From Rhodosorus marinus CCMP1338 (Eukaryota; Plantae; Rhodophyta): 64,000 nt of DNA. The translations under genes were made by a program, and so were the position numbers. The stretch is taken from contig JAMWBK010000004.1 of the NCBI GenBank assembly GCA_029953675.1, positions 2,976,001 to 3,040,000 of the forward strand, written 5' to 3'. Each line of letters opens with the position of its first letter. The first letter of the stretch is position 1. The notes beneath the pieces are model-generated. The model did not search any database, was not told the origin of the DNA, and saw only the letters and a list, made by a program, of their open reading frames with translations. This document shows, in pieces, positions 33,837-45,907 of this stretch.

Positions 33837-36800
33837 ATGTCAGAGCTCATCATGGATCTTTCTGACTATGGAATTGATGAGCAGCTTTCCGAGGCGTCGG
33901 GAAGCTTGATTGTTGTAATGTATCGACTGCCGATTATTGCAAAGAGAATTGAGGGCTCGAAGGGTGAGGAAGAAAGATTCTGGGAGGATATTAAAGAGTT
34001 TCGTAAGTTTCTATAAAGTTTGCGCTAACAGTTAGGCCATTCTGTTTGCTGTCACGGTTTTTTCTTCCGTCGCCCAACATGGTCCGGTCGCTGGAGCATA
34101 GAGTGGGATTTCACGTTCGACAATGACGCACTGTATATGACTTTCGAGGGTTTGAATGAAAGTCTTCAGGAGAAAGGAAAGAAAGTGACCTGGGTCGGAG
34201 TGCTAAACCTCGATGAGGAAATAGCCGAAGACGAGCAACGGCTTATTAGTAAACAGCTTTGGGAGAGGTATGAGATCGTTGAGCTCAATAACACATGCTA
34301 AAGGGTCAGTTTCCTAAAAATTTCCCTTTGATTCCGTTCGGCTCAGTTTTCGATGTGCTCCGGTGTGGATCCCGAGAAGAACCATTGACCTGTTTTACAA
34401 AGGGTTTTGTAAAGGTAAATGCGAATCAGCTCCAGGCCTCCAGACCCCCCCGTTTGTTTTTGCTGTTGTTGTTCGAAGAAAACGCCCTTCTCAATCTTGC
34501 TTTTTCTCCTCCTTGAAGGTGTATTGTGGCCCGTGTTTCACATGGTTAATTATATTCCGGAGGGCGGGGAGTCGACTTACGACGAGGCGTTATGGCACGT
34601 CTACATGATCGTAAATCGCAAATTTAAGGAAGCAGTAGGTTGAGGAACTCCTCTGTTCTCATCATTAAGTCTTTGAGAAGCGTTTCTGATGGATAGGTTT
34701 CCTCGAATATAGATTGTTGGGAGATTCCACGAAGGTGTTGATTCTATTTGGATACACGACTACCATTTGATGCTGTTGCCGTCTATGCTGAGGAGGGATT
34801 TGGACCGCTGCCGTATTGGGTTCTTCTTGCACACCCCTTGGCCATCTTCTGAGGTAAGCGGCTCAGTGAGCGGGGCGGGAGGCCGCTAGCATGCTTGTTC
34901 GGGGTAGTTAAGCTTCGAATTGGTGCTCACGTCTGCTCTCCTGTTTCACCTACAGATGTATCGAAACCTGCCTTGGCGGGTTCAACTGTTGGAGGGAATG
35001 TTGGGTAGTTCAATTCTTGGCTTCCATTTGTTCGATTATGCTCGTCATTTCCTCAGCGCCTGTGTGAGGCTGCTGGATTTGGAGCAGAAGCTAACCCGTG
35101 GGGCTCTCACAGTGGAGCACCATGGGCGAATCAGTGCGTCCCTCAAGAGTTGAAATCGGGCGACTCGCCCAGTTGCTAACGTGTATTCCTCTTCCCCGGT
35201 TCTGTTTGATTGGAGAACAGTCACTTTGCGGGTTAGTCACATTGGAATACACCCAGAGCGTTTCCAGAGAAATCGTGAGAATGAGGAGGTGAACAAGCTT
35301 TGCAAGGCTATGGCGCAGCAGTACCAAGTCATGGATAAATGTGTATTCGGAGCTATCGATGACTTGGACATAATTAAGGGTATTACGTTGAAGTTGCTTG
35401 CGTTTGAAGAATTTCTCAGAGCCTACCCAGGGCTCCGCTCCAAAGTCAAATTAGTTCAGGTAAGGCACTCCGCGACGAGCTTTTTTTGTGGCCTCTGTGA
35501 ACACAATCCGGACCTGCTCGGTGACTTTCAAGTTGCAAATCTTCTGAGTCGTATGCCTAACTCTCTCACAGTTCGTCGTTCCGAGACCGAGCGCCGTCAA
35601 GAAAGGGATCCGCGAAGAAATAGAGAGCCATGTGAACCGGATTAATGAAAAATATAGCACCCCGGAAAATAAACCTGTAGAATATCGCGCCGGCGCCGTC
35701 TCATTTAACGAACGAATCGCTTTGTATAGGTTTGTTTGGATCCAAAGCCGTACAGTGGTACTAGATCCCTTTTCCCAAACTGAAAACCTGACCTTCTGTT
35801 CTTTCGCCTGCTGTTTGTGCTGCAAAAGACTCACTGATGTTTTAACTCTGACACCCATACGTGATGGGTTGAACCTGGTTCCCTACGAGTACATTTTATC
35901 CTCCGGAAAGACGCAACCCGGAAGAATGATATTAAGTGAATGCACAGGATGCTCGAGGGCATTATCCTTGGCCGTTCGTGTTAACCCCTTCGATAAGCGG
36001 ACTGTTGCTGATGTCATGAAAATTTTCGTCACGGCTTGCGAGGCAGACAAGAAGTCGGAGGCCCAAACAGACGATAAGTTGAGACAGAAGGCAAATATTA
36101 GCTATGTAACAGAGCACTCAACGAGGGACTGGGCGGAGAGTTTCCTGCGAGACGTTGAAAAGGTTTACGAGCCTTCAAGGCCCGTTCCCAAGATTGTGAG
36201 AAGGACGAACATTGTCAAGTGCCGGGTAACCCCCTTCAGCAAAATTCCAGTCTACTGAACTTTAAAATCAATTGCGTTCCCTGCTTGAATTTCTAGGGTC
36301 TGGGCCGAATGATACAGCCCCTGTTCGAGTTCGAAGGATTTGATCATTTGGAAATCGACACAATATTTTCGGCGTACAAGGAGAGCCAGCGTCGTCTTTT
36401 CCTGATGGACTACGACGGTACCTTGGAGGCGACAGGTAGCAACGAACAGGTCAAAGCATGGAGTAGTCCACCATCCGAGAGAGTGCTTATGTATGTACTG
36501 CTGGACTTAGTTATCTCTCGTTGGGTTTGAGAACTGAACAGATTGCTGCGCGTTTTACAGGACTCTCTCCAAGCTCTCATCTAATCCGAAGGATGTCGTT
36601 TGCATCCTCAGCGGTCGGTCAAGGTCAACGATGGAGGAGAAGTTTTCCTCTCTGAAAGAAGTTGGCCTAGCAGCCGAGCACGGGTTCTACTATAGACTAC
36701 CTGGAAGTACGGAATGGCATTTGCAAATGGTAAGGCGGATCGTAATATTTTAACGTTCGCTTGACAATTTTAGTGTATGTGTTGACGTCAGCTGTTGTTC

Positions 36801-37658
36801 CTTCAGGCCTCTGCGGATAATTCCTGGAAGGAGCCTGCGCGCGAGATCATGGGGGCTTACACTGAGCGAACGGATGGTTCGTTTCTAGAGGAAAAGGAAA
36901 GCGCCCTCGTCTGGCATTATAAGAAAGCCGATCCAGGTGGGTGTCGGTTCCGAATCGTGTACCTTGCTTGAACTTTGCAACGATGTGCATTCTGAGTGTT
37001 TCGCGTTCTCCGTGCAGAGTTTGGAAGATCGCAGGCCAAGGAAATGCATGAGAATCTTGATAGCGTTTTGAACGTTTTTGATGTAGAAGTTTTATCTGGA
37101 TACGGCTGGCTGCAGGTCAGACTCCAAGGCGTCAGCAAGAAGAACATGGTTAAGGTATGTCCGACATATTCGACGCTATTCAGCCCGCAGACTTCCAACT
37201 GTCTCGATCTGCGTGGATACCGCTGACGTTTGGGACATAATCTGCCCGCCGCTTTCGTATAGAAATTCATCAGCGAGCAGTACAAGGACACCGAACAGCC
37301 GGATTTCATTTTCTGCGCTGGTGACGATGTGACTGATGAGGATATGTTCAGCGTTGTCTCCTCTTACAAGCACGCCCGAATCTTTACATGCGTCGTAGGA
37401 ATGAAGCCATCGGCTGCTCGATACTATCTGCGAAATAACGAGGAGGTAAGATCCGAGAGTGGCTCTCAGTCCAGGCAGCTGGACGATAGGTCATCTAAAC
37501 GAGAAATCGTCTTAATATTTCTTTGACAACAGGTACTAAATTTACTAGCAAAAATCCAGGGGAGCAACAGAACTGGATTTACGGACACAGCAAGTCGCTC
37601 CGGCTTTCGAACAATGCTTTCCGATATCGGTAGAACAGGTCTAACCAGCCGACCTTGA
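33837..37658 (+). CDS. TPS: Class II trehalose-6-phosphate synthase/phosphatase-like protein (GT20 + HAD domains), many exons
   Basis: WIHDYHLMLLP, IGWFLHTPWPSSE, IDDLDIIKG, RDGLNLVPYEY, ILSECTGC; HAD motifs FLMDYDGTL and CAGDDVTDEDMF. Alternative start at 33852. Confidence 0.93.
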
Positions 37659-37824
37659 GGCAAATAAAAAATCGTGGTGGTTTTTTTTTAGTTGGCCAAG
37701 TTCTAAACGTTGTCCATGGCTCTTGCGGGTAGCGCCAGCTTCTTAGACGGATTGGGCAGTTCTTTCTTTGGAAAACGGAAGCCTAGGCAATACCATTTCG
37801 CCTTGGCTTATCATGAGCCTGCAA

Positions 37825-38715
37825 TCAATCCTCGCGCTTTGGAGTGCCAGGAATTAAGAGATTCGTTGTTCTCTTGTACCGCTGAAATTCTTCACGAACG
37901 CCATACTTTTCTTCATCCTTCTGTTCAGCGAGAGGTATTCCGGAGACTTTAAGGAGTAGGGCCGTGGTCATTGCAGGAGAGCCGATGGCGAGGAGTGCGG
38001 GCGCAGAGATCCCGCATGAGGCGACGGCTGAGCCAAACGCTGACCACCAGAAGACAATCTCACCGAAATAGTTTGGATGTCGCGAATACTTCCAGAGTCC
38101 AGTTGTGATAAAGTTGCCCTTATTCTTTGGGTCTTCTTTAAACTTGGATTTTTGTGTATCTGCCAAGGCCTCTATGACAAACCCAGCGGCTTGGCCGGAT
38201 ATGAAAACCCAAAACAGCGGACCTGCAGTCGCTGCCGCTGTAGAGTTGATAATTGTAACCGGGAGAGATACGATGAAGCCCCAACTGGCCATAATGGTCC
38301 ACAAGCCGCCAAGGCTCTTAAGCTTGGCGGCGGTCATCTTTTCTCCCTCTTCCGGAATGTAACCATCAAATCTGGTGTCCTTGCCGAGTTTGAGCACCCT
38401 TTTGACCAGAAAACTCGTGAGCCGAATACAGTACAACCCGGTGAGCCCAGTGGCTACCAATCCGGCTGTAGTACCGGGCCCGGCTGCATACGTTGCAACG
38501 GCAGATAGCACAAAGGGCCCAGACGAAAGCAAATCAGCAACTTTATGCGTCCTTGTCGCCGCAGTAATCGTGAACCCGAGCGCATTACTCGCGGCAAAAA
38601 CTCCAGCCGACACCGCCAGGCCAGAAGCCATCGTCGAAAACATTGGCTTACCAAGACCCCTCCGTAATCCACCTACTAATAAACGACCACCTACAAACCC
38701 AGCCTTTCCTCTCAT
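37825..38715 (-). CDS. DUF1295 / steroid 5-alpha-reductase-like membrane protein, intronless, probable transit peptide
   Basis: GKDTRFD, EALADTQK, FITTGLWKYSRHPNYFGE, SGIPLAE; N-terminus MRGKAGFVGG. Confidence 0.85.
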   Translation of the reverse strand: MRGKAGFVGGRLLVGGLRRGLGKPMFSTMASGLAVSAGVFAASNALGFTITAATRTHKVADLLSSGPFVLSAVATYAAGPGTTAGLVATGLTGLYCIRLTSFLVKRVLKLGKDTRFDGYIPEEGEKMTAAKLKSLGGLWTIMASWGFIVSLPVTIINSTAAATAGPLFWVFISGQAAGFVIEALADTQKSKFKEDPKNKGNFITTGLWKYSRHPNYFGEIVFWWSAFGSAVASCGISAPALLAIGSPAMTTALLLKVSGIPLAEQKDEEKYGVREEFQRYKRTTNLLIPGTPKRED

Positions 38716-39785
38716 TCTTCTCGCACCCACCTCCCCAAGCCTCCGGTTGTGGAACAGATTTACTATGCACCCACCCACTTGACCCACAAAGCTCGGGTGT
38801 TCACAGTCAAAAACTCGATTTCTGTCATTCTCAGCCGATTGTTCTTTCTAGTCTCAACAGTCCTCAGTCCTTCTTTCTCCAGTCATGCCTATCTCATATC
38901 TGCAATCACAAAGTCATTCTCATCCACAAGAAGCCGTTCCAATAGCCGTATTTCTTGTTTGAGGGTATCATCAAAATGAGCACATTGCGACTGAACAGCA
39001 TCCGTTCCTTAGTGAGCGACGATTGTGTCTTTGGTAAAAGCAGAATGGACGAGAAGTTGCCTTTTCTTTGTCCTGGAAGCTGTGTGCTGTTGGGTATGCT
39101 CGGTGATTTCTGTGTACTCTAGGTAGGGTTTGTAATCTGAAGAGCTAGCTGCCGATTGTGCTGTTGCACACAATGACCATAAAAGCACGTTGAGGTTGGC
39201 TTGTTGACACGACTTGACGCTGCTATCGGCTCGGAAGATGTAGGTAGATTGGTGTTTACGAGACCTGAGAGAAGGGCATCGCTGTGGGTTTTTGGAGAGC
39301 GCGTGTAGCGTCATTGTCGTCTAGTGCGTTCGTGGATACCATCTGTGGTTGAGCGTTGAAGGCCACATCGTTGGCTGTTGTAGGATTGTAGGGAAGACGG
39401 CACACGAGGAGATTCGCGATGGATACCCTGGTGAAAGCAAAATGTCCATGCGGGTTATGCATACTAATCGGCTGCGAGTGATGTCTAGGAGCTCTAGGAG
39501 CGTGCGAGATGCGGATACGCTTCTGTACAAGAGTCGTGGCGGTTTTCGCGTGGTATCTCTGTCCCGATCCGAGGTTGAGAGTCCCTTTCATTTGTTTACG
39601 TTTTCGTTCGGTTAGTGCAGTTTCAATCCTACGCAAAACAAGGAGATCGCGCTGATTGAATAACAACTTTTTCTTCTGAGTTTAACACAATGAGGCCACT
39701 TTCACAAGTCCCTATACAGCAACACAAGTCTTGTGAAGGGCATATGAGTCATTCCATGAGAACCATTTTTGTCACAGGCTGATTT

Positions 39786-40430
39786 CTACTCGGCGACTTT
39801 TCTTCTCCTTGTGGTAGTTACACTCTGCTTCTGAATTTCACCCGTCATTGCATCCATAGCCACATCTTTCTTCACCGGTTCAGTTTTTCCCGTTTCCGAT
39901 AGCACCTGCTTCTTCCTTCTGTCCGGCGGCAGCATCATGATGAAGATCGTTGTGAGGATAGCTGACAAACAGATGACCGTCTGTTCACAGGGAAGAGATC
40001 ACTCTTTGCTAAGTTCAAACTGCACCGACGAAGAAGGTAGCTTGGAATTCCCTCTTCCGTGGCGTGGCTTACCGGAACTGGTTTGGCGACTGAGAAATCG
40101 ATGAGCTTATCCACGTACGGTCCCAATCCAGCCTTTTCTATCCATCTCTGTACAACCTCCAAGACTTGCCGAGCAAACGAAATTATCGCAACGAACCTCT
40201 GGTGAGCAGTGCTTCGTCTTGTCAGCTGCTTCTGCAGTCTCTCGCTTATTCCAGCCGCATCCCCGCCATCCTTTCCAGAAACCCAAACGCCAACAAAAAC
40301 AAAGCAATCAGCAAAGCTCAACGGAATCTACTTCACCTAATATTCTGATCCATCCACTTACCTCCTGGCTAAATACCACCGATACAACCAACACAAACAC
40401 GCACACAACGGGTACCACCAACCTACCCAT
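39786..40430 (-). CDS. Hypothetical type I membrane protein (signal peptide, one TM, basic tail), 3 exons
   Basis: MGRLVVPVVCVFVLVVSVVFSQE, two GTAAG introns, TM segment TVICLSAILTTIFIMML, tail ending RRRKVAE*. Confidence 0.55.
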
Positions 40431-41214
40431 CGCTCAACTTCAAAACAAATACTAAAAGATTGTTCTCAAGCCAAAACAAAAACGGAATCAATCCACTGAA
40501 TCTATTCAAAAGCTACTCTCCAAGTCTTCCTATGAGACATTCAAACACCAACCCCCCTCTTGCTCACATCAAAAACGTTCTTAAGACACATACGTCGCGC
40601 TAACCTCCTTCGGCCATCTACCCACCCCAAAGCCTTCAACTGTACTTTCACCCCCGACTGCCGAAACCTTTCTTCATAACCACAAAAATTTACAATATCT
40701 ATACCCCCCCTATTCCACTATCCTTTTCTGTTTTTCAGTAATCCAACCCAGGGGGGATCATTGATTTAAGTTTGATTTTATTTTCTTTTGTATTCTATAC
40801 ATTCATTTGTTTATTCGGATTTGCAAAGGGTGTGCGAGTTTTCTAGGCTCAATTTGTGAAGGAGTTCTAGGGGTGAGGTCTTACTGTTCTTTTTGGTGGG
40901 GGTAAAAAGAAGGCGGATTTTTGAAGGGGATGATGGGCTGGGCAGGGATGGATGGGGTTGGACAGGGTGAGCAAGGTTTGACAGGTGGTGTTGATGAGTG
41001 GAGAGGTTGGGTAGCTTGGCTTGATAAAGTCAGTCTGTAGAGAGCTAGGAAGAGTGGCTGCTGGGTTGGTCTCAGGTGGGAATGGTGATCGTTTAGAGTG
41101 CTGCTTTCCATTGGAATGCGAAAGGGTTTTATGGATGGTCCATCTCTGAAGAGAGCTTTAGTATGAATTTAAAAAAGATCCTGAACATGCTGATATCACG
41201 GGCTGCGCGTCGCG

Positions 41215-41554
41215 CTACTCTTCGTAGTCGTCCTGGTGGATACAGCAAGCGAAAATCTCGTCAGCATGGTCGGACTGGCTGGTAATGAAAACTAACTGGT
41301 TGGATGAATTCACTTACATTTACTGGCTCATCTTCGTCATATATATTATCCTCCCATTCATCTTCGTCTCCTTCGAAATAATGAGCCACTTCCTCGTAAG
41401 GGATCTCGTCTCCGAGCTCCATACCATCACCAACGTTCATCTTAAGCATATCCTTAGCCTTCTTATGGATCTCCTCCTCGGTCAGTGCTAACGTGTCTCT
41501 GGAGATCAAGATACAGCCTACCGCCAAGACCAAAAAAATCACTCCACCCTTCAT
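41215..41554 (-). CDS. Small secreted acidic protein, 2 exons
   Basis: Signal-like MKGGVIFLVLAVGCILISRDTLA, a D/E-rich body, a GTAAGT intron, last exon DDYEE*. Confidence 0.5.
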
Positions 41555-42813
41555 CTCGTGACTGAGCAGAAAACAACCGATCTTCTTACACTCAAAACAA
41601 TCAAACAGTTGCAACCTCTCAGACTCCGGCTCAAACCATCTGCAGTTGTCTACAACGCCTTCTTCTTCCTCTCCTACAAAGCCAAGAACAAAAATAAAAC
41701 TCTGCCCTCTTATAGTCACTATATCCACACGCGCTCTGAACAGACTCCACGATAGCCCCCGAAAGCATTGCTGCACTAACAACCCTTCGCAGCAGCAGAT
41801 TGGACAAACAGGTTTTCCTCTCAAGACACACCCTTTCAAAAAACAACGTGAAAACATCTAAAATCAGGTAAACAGGTCTTCAATAGGACAAGCTGTCTTA
41901 TAGAATTTTGGCGAAAAAGAAAAGCACCAGCAATCTTGTCTCCAATTTTTTGGATTGTATCAATCACTATTCTTCATCCGTTGTCCAATTATATCTCGGT
42001 GTACTGTTTTGATTGAATAAGTACATTTAATTTTGATATAATTGATTTTCACAGTCATTATGGCGATATTTTTTGATTGATTCAGTCTGATTTACTTACA
42101 TCTGCCAGGAATCGGTTTTCCCAGTGGCGTGGTTGGGCACGGCGTGTTCGGGGTTAACTTTCCTGTGCCTACTTTGGTGCTGACTGATTTTGAGGGCAAA
42201 GAATGAGGCGAAATCATGATGGGCCCGCGATGCTGATGAATATGTTACCCCCTTCCGTTTGGGAGCGCTTTATGGGCCGGGAAACTGCCTGCGGAGCCAG
42301 TGTTAACAGTAAATCTGACGGAGGCACAAGGCATCGTTTTCACTACTAGCTACGCTTTCGCCACCCCCGATGAGATGTTCAGTCGTAGGCTGTGAGCTTC
42401 AAATATTCAAAGATCCGTGGCGTTCGATTGGTATAGCCAGGGGCACGGGTCCCGTCCACTGTGATCAGTATTGAGTTTAGGTTAGCGTAGCCTTCTTCCT
42501 CTCAGGGTTGTGGTCTCTGAAGAAACGACCAAAAAATCCCAGACTAATGCAACCCCAGGAATGGCGATGGCGTTGTACAAAAGCACCATTCCTCTGTGCA
42601 GACTCTTCACTCACATCGTCCGTGGTTCGATGTTCTACTACAACGAAAGAGACGCTCCAATGGCCGCTGAACTCGCGGACCGCCGCGCGCATTGACGCTC
42701 TTGATTGGCATCGGTTAGAAGCTGCAAGTCTCTCATTGTTTATTATGTGCAAGCTGTATCAGGACATTCGTTGGAAGTCGCATTTCAAACCTCCAAAATA
42801 TTACAACCCAACT

Positions 42814-43367
42814 TCACGCGAATCGATACTGCTCAACATCGAACTTGCTCCGCTTGTACTCTGCCAGTTTGCTCTCAAGGTTTCTAACGGAGGACGTGGC
42901 AAAATTCTCAAGAGTTCCTGGTGCATTGCCTTGTAGGGTGTAAAAGTGGAACGCCGGTATTGACTCAACTCCAAGGTTCTTTGCCAGGGGCTTGTTTTCA
43001 TGTATGTTCATCTCATAAAATTCCTTGTCCGGGTGCTGCTCAGCTAGAGCCTAGCCAAAATCAAAGACACGAACAAACACCCACAGGTTAGATGCTTCCC
43101 CGAGTTACCTCAGAATTCACCAAGTCAGGCTGATCGTTGCTAAGCCCTTACCTGAAGGTGGTGGGTCATGCTATCGCAAGCCTTGCAGTTAGGCGCCACG
43201 AACATCATCACCGAGAAATTATCTTTTCTCGTCACCTTCAAGTAATCCTCCACACTCTTCACTTTCTTTAAATCTCTTTCCTTTGCATTCATCACAACTC
43301 TCGGCCGTTTACTCGCAATCTCACCCTTCACAAAGCCAGCACCACTCACAAACCCAACTCCATCCAT
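42814..43367 (-). CDS. Plastid-targeted atypical thioredoxin-like protein (CKAC active site), 2 exons
   Basis: Transit-like MDGVGFVSGAGFV; MMFVAPNCKAC; FYEMNI...LAKNLGVESIPAFHFY (cis-Pro loop of the Trx fold). Confidence 0.8.
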
Positions 43368-44020
43368 ACTCAGACACACAAACACTGGTTTGTCCGCCCT
43401 CTAACAGAGGTCACAGAAACTCACAAAAACAAAAACCAAAGAAAAAAGAAAACCTGACCACAGTCAACAATCCCTTACTCACTCTCCTCACCAGTCTTCA
43501 GAGACCAAGCCTCCAGGCGCGATCTTCTTCAATGTCTTCTCTTACATACAGCATTCTCAGCTCATCTTCAATAGCACCTCCATCCACACCTTGTACACCC
43601 CCCGCGGCATTCCTATAGCTAAAAACAACTCAAATTCATTCCTCGGAACCCCAAAGATCCATCCTCGTAAGAATAACAAAAAATGCTTGTTCCCTTTTCT
43701 AAAAATAAAGAAAAAAAGTATTGACATAATACAAAATAATACCATTAAACAAATCATTCTATATCCATTCATTGGCTGTACGAGATTATATGTTTAGATT
43801 ATTGGTTAATATTTTATCCGATTTTCGTGGATAAACCAATGGAGTTCAAGAATTGGATTTTTCTCATTAGTCGTTGGATATTTATTCTTAAGAGGATTCC
43901 ATATTGATCTAAAATGTTGATTTAGAGCAATCCGATTTATCGCGCTTATCTTGAGGGAGGAGGGGGGGGGGGTAATTATTCATCTAACAAAAACTTTAAG
44001 AAGGATGGAAATTTTGGGGT

Positions 44021-44765
44021 TGGTGGGTTTCTGGATTGCTCTAGAGCGGAGGGTTTCTGAGTAGAAAATAGTGAATAAGGAGGAAATATTTTGGTGGGAT
44101 GCGTTAGATTTTGTTGTGGTTCGATTGGTGCTTTTTTGCTTGCTATTGAACTTAGCTGACAGTAACGGACTAGGAGTCTCAGAGTGGCAGGTATCTTTGG
44201 GTGGGAATTTATGGAGAAGCGTTGGGTCCGCTAGGGTTGTCGTCTTCATCAGGTGAATAGTAGCTGGGTGGGATTCTAGCGTTGAGATTTGCTCAGAGTT
44301 CGGAACTTTGTGTCCATCGCGCAATGGATCTTGAATGATTTGCCAAGTCGCATGTCCACGGGATTGTGTTTCGCTGACCCCTGGGTGAATTTTGCGGATG
44401 CGAGTGCTTCAAGTTCGGAATACGCATTTTTTGCGGGGAATATCAAAAGCCGGCTCTAGGCGCCGGCCGAACTACTATTCACCTGATGAAGATGACAACA
44501 TTAACCTACCAAGCGCTTCGAGGTAAGCGCGTACACAAAGGTATCTGCCCTGCCTTTTGACACACTCTAGTTCGTTTCGAGTAGTTGGCGACGGTGGTCC
44601 GTTGCTGTCAGCCGAGTAGTGCTTTTTTGCTTGCTCTTGTGAGCAAGCAAAAAAGCACTAATCGAACCACAACAAAATCTAGCGCAACCAACCAAAACAT
44701 TTCCTCCTTATTTACTATTTTCTAAGAGGAAACGCTCCGCTCAAGAGTAATCCAGAAACGCACGA
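44021..44765 (+). repeat. Long imperfect inverted repeat (arms ~44021-44263 and ~44472-44765, 208-nt spacer); candidate hairpin RNA
   Basis: Hand alignment: 44021-44144 vs 44642-44765 is gapless over 124 bp (109 WC, 5 G-U). 44151-44172 vs 44595-44616 gives 18 WC and 3 G-U. 44236-44263 vs 44472-44499 gives 27 WC and 1 G-U. Confidence 0.92.
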
Positions 44766-45907
44766 CTCTTATTCGTTCTGAAGACTTGCTTCAGAAATGT
44801 ATTTAATGCGTAATCTTTTTGCTGCTATTCCGGTACTCGAGCTCATGTTGCTGGCCTTCGCCTGGGCAACATTATGCACCTTGTGAGGGATCATGTCTTT
44901 GAGACCCTTGGAACCGGCTGAACGAAAAGGATGCTCCGAAGTGCACTGGGCTCCATTACCAGAGGATCCGGAGAATCCGGAGGATTCTGGGCGTACCTGC
45001 TTTGATGCTCACTATCATCTATGTGACGAACGACGGGTGTCGGTTGTAGACGCGAATGGAAAGTGTCGTTCTAACGGTTGCATCTCGATCCGCGGTTTCT
45101 TCCGCCGAGAGAGATAATTGTTCACTTCATTCCCTAGAAAACGAGCAAAGGCTCCTTCACAGTTCTGCGTGTGGATTCTCGTTCGCTCCGCATTGCTCCA
45201 ACCCCTAGCAGGCCCAGACCCTGAAAGCCTCCCGGACGACTGTGGAAACGCACTGTGGGGATATTTACCTTCGCCCGGAAATGAAAGACCTTCTTGGCTT
45301 GAATTCGCTGGTAGGATATCCCCGTTCTGTACGCACGAAGAGCGCCGTATGGCCAGCCTTCCGAGGAATGGCCATGTCCTCCAGGCCTCCTACGTAGGCA
45401 CTAGATTCCTACAATCCCCATCGGTTTCAGACCACGCGTAACCCGTCGAGGCGGTCGCGAGAGTCTACGAGTCCACGGATCAGTACACCCATGAGCTTTC
45501 CAAGCCAATAAGAGTACGCGAATGCCTCAAATTTTACTAAACGCAAATAACATCATATACCACAACATTTGAAAGGCCAAGTCAGAACTAAATAGCGCTA
45601 AGAAATCCCACACTAATAAAATCAAATTCCCGCCCGACTCGAGCGCGCACCCGAGGAAGAGGTACTAAAGGCGTCATCTATTTTCAAAGCTGACTTAGTA
45701 GTTCGTCAAAGCTCTTGCGGAAACGATAGTCGTGCCAAATTTGCCATCACCAGAGATCCCAGATATACTCACTGGGAGTACTCTTTAGGAACGAATGAGC
45801 TGCCAATACTTTTGCTCACTAGTAATAATCTCTCGCCTCGGGCCGACCAGTCGCTTGCTTAACGCTTCTTCCGAGAGAACAGGTAGTATTACAGAGGTGT
45901 CACTTCC

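Noticed and set aside
44071-44256. 61-aa hydrophobic ORF in the left arm of the inverted repeat
   Set aside because: GTG start; the hydrophobicity follows from the G/T-rich composition, and the mirrored arm does not keep a comparable frame.
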